Shown piece by piece: positions 22,596-31,858 of a DNA stretch of 64,000 bases. Each line of letters starts with the position of its first letter. The stretch's first letter is position 1. A program made the translations under genes and the position numbers. The stretch is from Obrimoposthia wandeli (Eukaryota): positions 1-64,000 of the forward strand of contig CDROCS010003817.1 in assembly GCA_977020255.1 (NCBI GenBank), given 5' to 3'. The notes under the pieces were generated by a model that made no database searches, was not told the origin of the DNA, and was given only the letters and a program-made list of their open reading frames with translations.

Positions 22596-23078
22596 ATGGA
22601 TAAAATAGATATGATAATTAAGCAGTGGAATATTGAGCGCCCTGATTTAGACATTAAATCTATGTCTTTGATTGGCAGGGTAAAAAGAGTAAACGAGCAC
22701 CTTACGAAAGGAATGGGAAAAACATTTGCAGCACATGGTTTAAATTTGGCCAGCTTTGATGTACTCGCCACTTTACGCCGTAGCGGATCGCCTTTTGCAC
22801 TCTCACCAAATGAATTACTCTCTACTATGATGGTAACTTCAGGCACAATGACTAATCGTGTTGATCAATTAGTTAAAGCGAATTTGGTAGAGCGCATTGT
22901 TAATCCTAAAGATGGTAGAGGCTTTATTATTTCATTAACTGCACAGGGGATGGTTGTCATCGATGCGGCGGTCACTGAGCATACTGATACTCAAGAGCGA
23001 TTAACATCAGGGTTAACAGCACTGGAGCAAGAAAAATTAAACACTCTGATGAAAAAATTTCTTTCCAGCTTTGAATAA
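22596..23078 (+). CDS. pecS: MarR-family repressor, PecS-like
   Basis: MDKIDMIIKQWNIERPDLD, FDVLATLRRSG, SGTMTNRVDQL, DGRGFII. Confidence 0.85.
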   Translation: MDKIDMIIKQWNIERPDLDIKSMSLIGRVKRVNEHLTKGMGKTFAAHGLNLASFDVLATLRRSGSPFALSPNELLSTMMVTSGTMTNRVDQLVKANLVERIVNPKDGRGFIISLTAQGMVVIDAAVTEHTDTQERLTSGLTALEQEKLNTLMKKFLSSFE

Positions 23079-23331
23079 GGACCTATTAGTTACAGCCTCA
23101 CTAAGAGAAATACTTCACAGGTCATTATTAGTTCCTAAAAAACCACGACCTGCGAAGTAAGATCGCTTTGGCTTAGCTACCTATGTAAAACAGAGTATGG
23201 TTTTAGAGTATTAATAAATAACAGTGTTCGAAGTTAAGCACTTATTTACCCACTAAAACTACTACGCTAATCTGCTCGATATACCTCATCGTTAGTGGTA
23301 ATTATTGAAGCAGCCAATTTTCATTACCTGC

Positions 23332-23637
23332 TCATTCAACCTTTTGGGCAGGCAACCTCAAAAGCTTAATCCATGGCAAAGGTATTGATAGTACGACTAA
23401 ACCCAGCCCTATATATAAGTAGGCACTAGCTAGCCAGAACGCAATGAAAAAAACTATTGCAGAACTCACGACACCTGCTAATGTTACCTTTTTAATCAAC
23501 GAAATACGCTCAGACTCTTGGCGATAAATCATTATGTGTAATATTGGTAAACCTAAGTGCAAAGGCTGAAAAAAAATGAAACCTATAAACCAAAATAGTG
23601 CATCTATCTGCATATGTTTTACATCCATTATAAACAT
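23332..23637 (-). CDS. Small hypothetical membrane protein (about 3 TM)
   Basis: Free-standing ORF with three hydrophobic stretches; family not recognised; start uncertain. Confidence 0.65.
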   Translation of the reverse strand: MFIMDVKHMQIDALFWFIGFIFFQPLHLGLPILHIMIYRQESERISLIKKVTLAGVVSSAIVFFIAFWLASAYLYIGLGLVVLSIPLPWIKLLRLPAQKVE

Positions 23638-23753
23638 ATATTTATGAATTTTATTACACTCTATTATCCGTTTTTGTGAAGCGTTTGTATAATCAAACAG
23701 GTGCTAAAAAGTGAGAATAATCAATTTTATATGAACTATTTAAGATACCTTGA

Positions 23754-24380
23754 TTGGAACATCATATGAATAAACCTATACCTAAAAATAACCCCCAACG
23801 GCCAGAAGAATTACAACAAGTAATCAATTTACTAAAATCAATAATGACAGCAACTGCGTTACAGCCCGAACCAGCATATACTTTATCTCAACGAATTTTT
23901 GCCGCTCTAGATAACCAAATAGGAACAATAAACACGCACGCACCTCAACAACTTCAGGCTTGCGAGCATTTAGACACTGCATTTGAAAATTTAAGAAAAG
24001 GCCCCGAGCCAACCCAGCCGTTAGCATATTTACTCCACAAATTAGAAAAGCAGCTTATTTGGAGACACAGAAGCCATGCACCCAATCTACTCGGCTATGA
24101 AGATCAAAATATTGCCAATACCATACTCGTTGGCAATCAAGGTTTAGAGCAGCGTGATGATATCCTAATAGGCATGACAATTATGGCTCCACACACTTTA
24201 TTCAATGACCACAACCACCCTCCAGAGGAGGTTTACGCTATTTTATCTGCAGGATATTGGCGTCAAAACAACAATGCCTGGCTCCAACCTGGTATAGGCA
24301 ACTTTGTTTATAATCCAGCCGATATTATGCATGCTTTTAAATCTGACAATTCGCCAGTGCTAGTAATTTGGTGTTTATAA
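23754..24380 (+). CDS. Cupin of the dimethylsulfoniopropionate (DMSP) lyase family
   Basis: Cupin motifs HNHPPEEVYAILS and VYNPADIMH, preceded by an LxW motif (LIWRHR) and an N-terminal helical region. Confidence 0.75.
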   Translation: MEHHMNKPIPKNNPQRPEELQQVINLLKSIMTATALQPEPAYTLSQRIFAALDNQIGTINTHAPQQLQACEHLDTAFENLRKGPEPTQPLAYLLHKLEKQLIWRHRSHAPNLLGYEDQNIANTILVGNQGLEQRDDILIGMTIMAPHTLFNDHNHPPEEVYAILSAGYWRQNNNAWLQPGIGNFVYNPADIMHAFKSDNSPVLVIWCL

Positions 24381-24567
24381 TTGCAGTGAGACTCTGATAA
24401 CTTATCAGTGTATTAATCTACCGTTTGTTCGAGATTTTTTCTTTAATATGCCAATCTATTGGACTACAATTTGCGCATAAACTCCAAAGCGTAATAAAGC
24501 TGATATTTACCTTGCGTATGTTTTTTTAACTAATTACACCTTTCATCTATTAAATAATGAGACGCTA

Positions 24568-25185
24568 ATGTCCCTAGACAATGCTGTTACTTTCTTCCTC
24601 GCCATACTAATATTTGGTGTTACTCCAGGCCCTGGTATCTTTGCATTACTCGCAAGAGCGTTAACCCATGGCGCTAAAGCCTGCTTAGCACTTTCTTTAG
24701 GAATGGTATTGAGTGATATTATTTATCTGATACTCGCCTGCTATGGGCTGGCAGCTATTGCCGAACATTGGGGCACCGCTTTTACAGTTATTCGTATATT
24801 GGGCGCACTGTATTTATTCTATTTGGGCTATAAGCTTTGGACTGCTGCTGTAAACATTGAGAAAGAAGCAACAAAGCAAGATAAATCGCAATGGTTTAAA
24901 AGTCTATTCCAAGGTTTTTTTATCTCAGCCTCAAACCCGAAGGTAATCTTGTTTTATATCGCTTTTTTGCCCACTTTTATGGATTTAACCGTATTAAAAA
25001 GCAATGATATTATATTAGCTTGTACATTAACTTTTATCGGTTTAATGCTGGGTTTAACCACTATTACAATTGCAGCCTCAGCTGCAAGCAAAGTATTCGA
25101 GTCTGAAAAAGCCATGAAAAATTTGAACCGTAGTGCCGGCTCTATCATGATAGGCGCAGCAACTTTCTTAATGCTAAGAAGCTAG
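24568..25185 (+). CDS. LysE/RhtB family exporter
   Basis: TPGPG, LGALYLFYLG, QGFFISASNPKVILFY, NRSAGSIMIG. Confidence 0.93.
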   Translation: MSLDNAVTFFLAILIFGVTPGPGIFALLARALTHGAKACLALSLGMVLSDIIYLILACYGLAAIAEHWGTAFTVIRILGALYLFYLGYKLWTAAVNIEKEATKQDKSQWFKSLFQGFFISASNPKVILFYIAFLPTFMDLTVLKSNDIILACTLTFIGLMLGLTTITIAASAASKVFESEKAMKNLNRSAGSIMIGAATFLMLRS

Positions 25186-25503
25186 GTTTATCTAGATCTT
25201 GCTTCATTTTTGCACTTTAAAATTTATAGCTGGCGAATTTTTAACGATACTCATGTAATCACTTAACAACAATAGCGGTCAAATAAATAGCTCTCAGTCG
25301 CACCCTATTTATTACCGCTTATTGTTAATAGTGCCTAATGCAGCCAGGCATACTCATTATGTAATACAGAGAAAACCTTCGATTTACGCTATTTTTCTCA
25401 CTATATTATATTTTATATATTCAATTTTATTCAAAACCACAGGGAAAAACAGGCAGTTAGTGCTATTATTTAGTTTCAAGTCCATGATTTTAGGAGTACG
25501 TAT

Positions 25504-25941
25504 ATGGCTCGAATTAAAATAGATATGCCAGAAAATTATTCGTTTTCTACTTCCTTAACCGTGCGTATTAATGATATTAACTATGGAGGTCACTTAGGTA
25601 ACGAAGCAGTACTTGCTTACATTCAAGAAGCGCGCATGCGATTTCTCAGCTATCATCACTACACTGAGCTAGACATTGAAGGCAGTGGATTAATTATGAC
25701 TGATTCAGCCATAGTCTATCGCGGCGAAAGCTTTTATGGCGATGTCCTGCAAATTGATATTAGTGTTCAAGATTTTAATAAATATGGCTGTGATTTTTAT
25801 TATTTAATGACCAATAAAAAAACCACTGAAGAAATAGCCTACGCCAAAACAGGCATCGTATTTTTTGACTACCAAAAAAGAAAGATTATTGAAGTTCCGC
25901 AATCATTCAAACTCGCTATTGAACGCGAGACAGGCTTGTGA
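25504..25941 (+). CDS. Acyl-CoA thioesterase (hot-dog fold)
   Basis: VRINDINYGGHLGN, YIQEARMRFL. Confidence 0.9.
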   Translation: MARIKIDMPENYSFSTSLTVRINDINYGGHLGNEAVLAYIQEARMRFLSYHHYTELDIEGSGLIMTDSAIVYRGESFYGDVLQIDISVQDFNKYGCDFYYLMTNKKTTEEIAYAKTGIVFFDYQKRKIIEVPQSFKLAIERETGL

Positions 25942-25951
25942 ACATTAAGTA

Positions 25952-26254
25952 ATGAGCGACAATAAGAAGATAGACATATGGCAAGATCAACATGAAATGT
26001 TTCATGTTGATAGCCCCTGCATTGGTGTGTGTACACTGGGGCCTAGGGGCTATTGTAAAGGCTGTTTGCGCTCGCGAGTTGAACGTTTCCACTGGCATGA
26101 GATGACTGAAAACCAAAAGCATACTGTCGTGCAGCTATGTCAATCTCGTAAAGCACGCATCACTGCCAAACGTAATAAAAAAGATATTACCCTTTATCAG
26201 CAAGACGAAATGTTTATAGATATTGACGGCCAAATAGATCTTTTCAATACATAA
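25952..26254 (+). CDS. DUF1289 family Cys-rich protein
   Basis: SPCIGVC...GYCKGCLRSRVERFHW. Confidence 0.88.
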   Translation: MSDNKKIDIWQDQHEMFHVDSPCIGVCTLGPRGYCKGCLRSRVERFHWHEMTENQKHTVVQLCQSRKARITAKRNKKDITLYQQDEMFIDIDGQIDLFNT

Positions 26255-26363
26255 ACGCTTTCTTTACGCAGCCTCTAAAATCACCTTTTGGCGCTGCAGC
26301 TCTCCAGTCAAAAGGACGCTGTGCACAACTTGAGTATTCTAGCTTGCTCTTGACAGCTCTTTA

Positions 26364-26900
26364 TTAAGCGCTATAAGTACCACGAATTGGATAGTTATTA
26401 GCTGGGTTTTTTAGCCATTTGATGCCGGCAACTAACTCACTAATTTCAGGGCGAATAAACGGGTTATTTGATATATTAACGATATGTAGTAAGCCCTCTG
26501 CATTTACTACAAAGACCCCTGGTTCAGCGTAGGTATGATCGTTTTCTTGCTCGCTTCGTGGGCTTGACACATACAACCCTAACAAATTCATCTGCTCTTC
26601 ATTGAGCCCATAGTGAATCGGATAATCCACATTTAGCTTACTCATAAACTCTGTCAATTGTTCTTCTCTATCTGCGCAGACAGCCGCCACATCAACCTTC
26701 AATTCACGTAAAGCTTCTCTGTGCTCTTGCAGCGTATTAAGGTATTTAACGCACAGTGGACAATGCTTACCACGATACACAACAATCAGCTTCCAATCAC
26801 ACCCATCAATTTTAGCGGCTATATCTAACGCTGGCGCTTGTAGAGTATTAAGCTCGATGGTGGGAAAAACTGATCCTGGCTGCAATTTTTGACTATACAT
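26364..26900 (-). CDS. Peroxiredoxin-like redoxin (AhpC/TSA family)
   Basis: VYRGKHCPLC (CxxC), EPGVFVVN, PFIRP, YPIRGT. Confidence 0.88.
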   Translation of the reverse strand: MYSQKLQPGSVFPTIELNTLQAPALDIAAKIDGCDWKLIVVYRGKHCPLCVKYLNTLQEHREALRELKVDVAAVCADREEQLTEFMSKLNVDYPIHYGLNEEQMNLLGLYVSSPRSEQENDHTYAEPGVFVVNAEGLLHIVNISNNPFIRPEISELVAGIKWLKNPANNYPIRGTYSA

Positions 26901-27001
26901 AAGAAAACTCCGAAATTTAAAGTGTTATAGAATAATATGTCACTATAAGACCCCTTAACAGATCAATCGTTCAGATAGGTGCAGTATTTATAACACTTAA
27001 A

Positions 27002-28405
27002 TCAATCTTCGAACGTTTCGTAACTACCATGCGCTAAGTTTTCAAATTTAGAGTATTGCCCAATGAACGCTAATTTAATACTACCAATGGGGCCATTACG
27101 CTGCTTACCTATGATCACTTCCGCAATCCCTTTATCTGCTGAGTCTTCGTTGTACACTTCATCACGATATAAAAACATAATGACATCGGCATCTTGCTCT
27201 ATTGCTCCGGATTCACGTAGATCGGAGTTAACTGGGCGCTTGTTGGGTCTTTGCTCTAGCGATCGGTTTAGCTGAGACAAGGCAACCACCGGGCAATTAA
27301 GCTCTTTAGCTAACGACTTCAATGACCCTGATATCTCAGATATTTCCTCTGAACGACTGGCATTAGCACGCCGACTCTTTATTTGCATCAATTGTAAATA
27401 ATCGATCATGATCATTGATACCTCACCATGCTCTCTAACGATACGCCTCGCTCTAGTGCGCATTTCTGTTGGGCTAATCCCTGAGGTATCATCTATAAAC
27501 AGTGGTTTATCACGCATCATATTGACGGCTGTTGTCAGCTTAGGCCAATCATCTTCTTCAAGCTGACCAGTACGTAATCGCGTTTGGTTTATTTTACCTA
27601 AAGAGGCAAGCATACGAGTAATTAGCTGCTCTGCCGGCATTTCTAAAGAAAACACCAATACTGGCTTATTATCAGCCATCAATGCATTTTCTACTAAGTT
27701 CATAGCAAAGGTGGTTTTACCCATAGCAGGACGCGCCGCTACTATGATTAAATCTGAAGGTTGCATACCTGCTGTTTTTTCGTTTAAATCATCAAAACCT
27801 GTAGTGACGCCCGTTAATTGATCTGAGTTATTAAATAGATAATCAATTTTATCAACAGCGCCTTTTAGCAGGTCATTAATAGGTATAAAGCCGCCCTCGT
27901 TAGGCCTGCTCTCAGCTATTTCAAAGATGCGTTGCTCAGCTTCGTTAAGTACTTCTTGTGCATCACGACCTTCTGTTTCAAAAGCCGAGTCGGCAATTTC
28001 TTGAGAAACCGAAATCATCTGTCTCAATAATGCCCTATCGCGAACGATAACCGAATATGCACGTAAATTAGAGGTACTAGGGGTATTTCTGGCAAGCTCT
28101 ATTAAATAATCTAACCCGCCGGCTGCCTCTAAATCTCCAGTACGATCGAGTTCTTCCGATAGTGTCACTACATCCACTGGCTGCTGATTGTTTACTAACT
28201 TAGTCATCATACGAAAGATTAGGCGGTGATCATGGCGATAAAATAGCTCTTCTGAAACTATTTCACTGACGACATCCCAAGTATTATTATCTAACATCAA
28301 GCCACCGAGCACAGACTGCTCAGCCTCTATAGATTGTGGTGGCTTTTTGATACTTTCTATCTCAGCATCATATTCTGAATGGCTAGTAAACTCAGGGTAA
28401 TTCAT
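27002..28405 (-). CDS. dnaB: Replicative DNA helicase
   Basis: PPQSIEAEQSVLGG, AARPAMGKTT, DYLQLM, SDLRESGAIEQDAD; no intein. Confidence 0.99.
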   Translation of the reverse strand: MNYPEFTSHSEYDAEIESIKKPPQSIEAEQSVLGGLMLDNNTWDVVSEIVSEELFYRHDHRLIFRMMTKLVNNQQPVDVVTLSEELDRTGDLEAAGGLDYLIELARNTPSTSNLRAYSVIVRDRALLRQMISVSQEIADSAFETEGRDAQEVLNEAEQRIFEIAESRPNEGGFIPINDLLKGAVDKIDYLFNNSDQLTGVTTGFDDLNEKTAGMQPSDLIIVAARPAMGKTTFAMNLVENALMADNKPVLVFSLEMPAEQLITRMLASLGKINQTRLRTGQLEEDDWPKLTTAVNMMRDKPLFIDDTSGISPTEMRTRARRIVREHGEVSMIMIDYLQLMQIKSRRANASRSEEISEISGSLKSLAKELNCPVVALSQLNRSLEQRPNKRPVNSDLRESGAIEQDADVIMFLYRDEVYNEDSADKGIAEVIIGKQRNGPIGSIKLAFIGQYSKFENLAHGSYETFED

Positions 28406-28925
28406 TTAAATCCTACTGAATAAAAAAATGATTAAAAACAAGAAATTTTACCACATCAGCCGCACCTCATGAAGCACCCTCTTCACAATCAACACAACAA
28501 GACTTCATGTAAAACGGTTACATCACTATAAACCACGGTAATAAATTCATGCAGGGCTCTTACTTGCGAACAAAGATACTCGTCTTAACATTTGAAACAC
28601 GCACAAGTATTACAGCTAGTGAGCAGGTCAGCTGACTGATTATTAAATTCATAGTAAAGAATTAGCTTTTATAGCTTAACGTTGGTTCTAGTTATCAATA
28701 AACTTGCACTACATTTGGCTAAACTAACCCCCTCAACTCGCGCTTAATCAAAGGCTGAAATGAATACCACGCAGAAATATTCTTCCCTATGTCACTACAG
28801 CTTAAGTTTTTGATACACCAACATAGATAAGTTTCGCTTTAGATGGCTTTTTAGTAAGCTACGAGCATAAGCTTTTGCGAATATTCCACTGCCACACAAC
28901 AATATCGTTTATGGATGAAAACTAA

Positions 28926-29711
28926 CTATTTATTTAAGTAGGACTGAATAATACGCTCAATTTCACCTGAGTGCTTCATTTTGAATATAGCGATATCAAA
29001 TGCTTTTTTGAAGTCAGCATAGAATGGGTACTTTTTATTTTTAATCGCGACGGCAGAATAACCTAAGTACACTGGGTGTTTTGCTATTTGCGTACTAATC
29101 GCAAAATTTATATCTTCTTCTTTATATGATTTTAGACTATGGGACAAAATAGCCTTCTCCATTATAATACAATCCAGCCTATTCTTGGACATCATTTTTA
29201 TTAAAATATTTGCGTTTTGCACCTCGTGCAGCGCAATTTTTTTATCTTTAACCAATTGCTTAAACTCATTTCCGCCCCAGCCATCAAAACCAACTACATT
29301 ACCAATGAGCAATCCTAAATAATCTTTAGGCCAATCCACTCTATTTGTTTCTAATACTTTATTTGAACAAACAGCAACAGTTTCTTCAGTATATAGCGGG
29401 AGAGAGTAAGGGTATAAGTATGACCAATCGTGACCATGATAATAGGGGGGAGCTAATGCGAACCCCTCCCCTTTTGCCATTATTTTCTTCCCTCTATTCC
29501 ATGGAACCCCTTCTAAAGCAACGGTGTAATTCTTCATTCTTGAAAATGCTACCTTAAGAATATCAACATAAATACCCTGAGCGACTCCATTCTCACTAAA
29601 GCTATAAGGTTGATAAGCATTATCTACATAAATGGTAACATTCGTATTTTTAGCTGAGACGCTGTAGGGAAATAAGCAAAATATAAGTAGTAGGTAGAAT
29701 TTCTTTTCCAT
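28926..29711 (-). CDS. Orphan family-3 periplasmic solute-binding protein
   Basis: Signal peptide from MEKKFY (ATG 29711 with AAGGA RBS; track start 29747), YQPYSF...GIYVDIL, VPWNRG; no transporter adjacent. Confidence 0.82.
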   Translation of the reverse strand: MEKKFYLLLIFCLFPYSVSAKNTNVTIYVDNAYQPYSFSENGVAQGIYVDILKVAFSRMKNYTVALEGVPWNRGKKIMAKGEGFALAPPYYHGHDWSYLYPYSLPLYTEETVAVCSNKVLETNRVDWPKDYLGLLIGNVVGFDGWGGNEFKQLVKDKKIALHEVQNANILIKMMSKNRLDCIIMEKAILSHSLKSYKEEDINFAISTQIAKHPVYLGYSAVAIKNKKYPFYADFKKAFDIAIFKMKHSGEIERIIQSYLNK

Positions 29712-29867
29712 GATTCCTTGCCCTTTTAGGAAACGAATAAATATCAATATATTATAGTTTAATTATTTTAAACTACTGATTTATTTTTATTTTTTAATCT
29801 CGCAAGCAATATTGTACGTTTTGTTCTTTAAGCTGTGTTGCTCCCATTTTATTTTAAACTGAGATTT

Positions 29868-29966
29868 AAGCATAACAACCACATTTGATAATGCGCCGTT
29901 AAAAACAAGCTCAACATGCTCATTTACACCAGTAAACTCCGCTATTTCACCTGTTTTTGCCTTGTC
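29868..29966 (-). pseudogene. Relic of adenylyl-sulfate kinase (cysC) C-terminus
   Basis: Own translation DKAKTGEIAEFTGVNEHVELVFNGALSNVVVML matches the APS-kinase KA-x-x-GEI-x-x-FTG[IV] motif; in-frame TAA immediately upstream, no start codon. Confidence 0.62.
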
Positions 29967-30215
29967 TTATCTGTATTCGTTACGTTATGCATGTAGTTAT
30001 CTAGTTTTTATTCTTAAACGAGATCACTACGATAAAGCCTCAAAGACTTGAGATGACCGCTACTAGATATAAATTCTTGATTGATCCATATAACGACATC
30101 TAGTGGCATTAATTCAAATTAAAAATACTCATAGCAAACACCTTCTTATTGATTAAAACTAACCAGTAGGCTAATTTCCCCACCTCAATGATCAGTAAGT
30201 TTGCTATAAATGTAC

Positions 30216-30713
30216 TTACTCCATTAATGCTCTATTTGCTTGCCCGACTAACTGCACGCTTTGATCACAAGCAATTGCAAGCTCCTTTCCTTTTTGCAAG
30301 AAATGCTGACTAAAATAGTTTATATGCTCTGCGTGCTCATGAAAATGATGCGGTGTAAGTACCGCTGTTAACACTGGCACCAATGACTCAAGTTGCACTT
30401 GCATAAGCGCACTACACACAGTTTGCGCCACAAAGTCATGACGATAGATTCCGCCATCTACGACCAAGCCACTCGCGGCTATCGCGCGGTATCTACCGCT
30501 ATTTGCTAACAATTTTGCCTGTAATGGAATTTCGTAAGCACCAGGCACTGCAATCACATCAATTAAGCTTAGATCATAGCCGCGCACTGCGAGTTCATCT
30601 TGAAAGCCCTTCAGGCAATTTAGAACAATATCTGCATGCCAACTGGCGTGAATAAACGCAATGCGTTGTGTTTGAGGTGTAAGTTTTGATTGATTCGTTG
30701 AGCTCTGATTCAT
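30216..30713 (-). CDS. ribH: Type II 6,7-dimethyl-8-ribityllumazine synthase (RibH2-like)
   Basis: IAFIHASWHADIV, VPGAYEIPL, and type II hallmark VDGGIYRHDFVA. Confidence 0.92.
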   Translation of the reverse strand: MNQSSTNQSKLTPQTQRIAFIHASWHADIVLNCLKGFQDELAVRGYDLSLIDVIAVPGAYEIPLQAKLLANSGRYRAIAASGLVVDGGIYRHDFVAQTVCSALMQVQLESLVPVLTAVLTPHHFHEHAEHINYFSQHFLQKGKELAIACDQSVQLVGQANRALME

Positions 30714-30848
30714 GGTTAAACCCTATTGTAAAGTTTGAATCAGGGCGAACGGGCAGGCAAATATGCCATTTAACATAGCACATCTATACAACAGTATATT
30801 TTAGCACTGAGCAAAAAAACACACCGTTACATATAAATTGTCTGACCA

Positions 30849-30993
30849 CGTTCTCTATCATCCGGACTATAACCGTCGGCTCTGGAATCACACCAGATCT
30901 GCTGACCCTAACTCCTTTACAGGCATTTGGCGCTCGCGGGCTTAGATAGATATCTTTACCGCCGGTGGGGAATTACACCCCGCCCCGAGAACG
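30849..30993 (-). ncRNA. FMN riboswitch (RFN element)
   Basis: Minus strand reads cgttctcGGGGCGGGGTGTAATTCCCCACCGGCGGT...AGCCCGCGAGCG...GTCAGCAGATCTGGTGTGATTCCAGAGCCGACGGTTATAGTCCGGATGATAgagaacg; conserved RFN core with P1 closure, upstream of a riboflavin gene. Confidence 0.97.
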
Positions 30994-31020
30994 AAGTCGG
31001 CTCTTATTAACCGACAGCAC

Positions 31021-31050
31021 AATATACTTTTTTGTTTGCAAAGTTGTCAA
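31021..31050 (-). promoter_or_regulatory. Sigma70 promoter for the FMN riboswitch-ribH transcript
   Basis: TTGACA-N18-TATATT on the minus strand. Confidence 0.7.
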
Positions 31051-31227
31051 AGGATAATTTAGAGGCAGGTAAAACTGTCGCTATCATACATGCGCAAGAC
31101 TGTTTGAGTACGATTTGGGGTTTAGGTTTTACAAGCTAAAGTAGAAAATATTTAATGATGCCCGTGCTAGATAAGTGAGGCATTTGTAGCAGGTAAGATT
31201 TATAACTGGAGCTAAGATATTTCAAAC

Positions 31228-31264
31228 AAAAAAGCACCATAAACTAGAAGCTTATGATGCTTTT
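31228..31264 (-). terminator. Terminator of the rpsF-rpsR-rplI operon
   Basis: aaaagcatcataag...tttatggtgctttt stem (with G-U pairs) followed by a T run. Confidence 0.7.
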
Positions 31265-31362
31265 ATAACTGCTAACTATCAGTAAAAGGTTTAATCTATT
31301 ATTTGCGCTAAAGCGTAACTCATAGATTAAAGATGATTTAGGCTACGCCCAATTCATCTTTA

Positions 31363-31815
31363 TTAAACCGCTTCACCAATAACATTTACAGTGATTACAG
31401 CGTTAACTTCGCTGTGCAGGTGTAAAGTGATAGCGAACTCACCTGTGTGACGCAATGCGCCTTCAGGAAGACGTACTTCACTCTTGTCAATTTCTTGACC
31501 AGCAGCAACTAATGCATCAGCAATATCGCGTGTACCGATAGAACCAAACAACTTACCTTCTTCACCCGCTTTTGATGTGATGTCTAAAGTAAATTCTTCT
31601 AGTGCAGTTGCACGTACTTGAGCAGCTTCTAACTTAGTAGCAGCAACTTTTTCAAGCTCAGCACGACGCTCTTCAAACTTAGCAACGTTTGCTTTAGTAG
31701 CAGACACCGCTTTGCCATGAGGAACTAAGTAGTTACGACCAAAACCTGATTTTACAGTAACTTTGTCGCCTAAAGCGCCAAGCTTACCAATTTTCTCGAG
31801 TAGAATAACTTCCAT
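31363..31815 (-). CDS. rplI: 50S ribosomal protein L9
   Basis: [34 protein letters not shown]. Confidence 0.99.
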   Translation of the reverse strand: MEVILLEKIGKLGALGDKVTVKSGFGRNYLVPHGKAVSATKANVAKFEERRAELEKVAATKLEAAQVRATALEEFTLDITSKAGEEGKLFGSIGTRDIADALVAAGQEIDKSEVRLPEGALRHTGEFAITLHLHSEVNAVITVNVIGEAV

Positions 31816-31858
31816 CTCGTAAACCTCTTTTGTTCTATGATTTTAACAATCACAGTAC

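Noticed and set aside
25264-25327. Long imperfect inverted repeat upstream of the thioesterase gene
   Set aside because: AT-rich with several bulges and no second copy seen; most simply a terminator-like structure after the LysE gene.
28507-28523. ATGTAAAACGGTTACAT, resembling the tdm operator, upstream of dnaB
   Set aside because: One extra base breaks the LacI half-site spacing and there is no functional link; likely chance.
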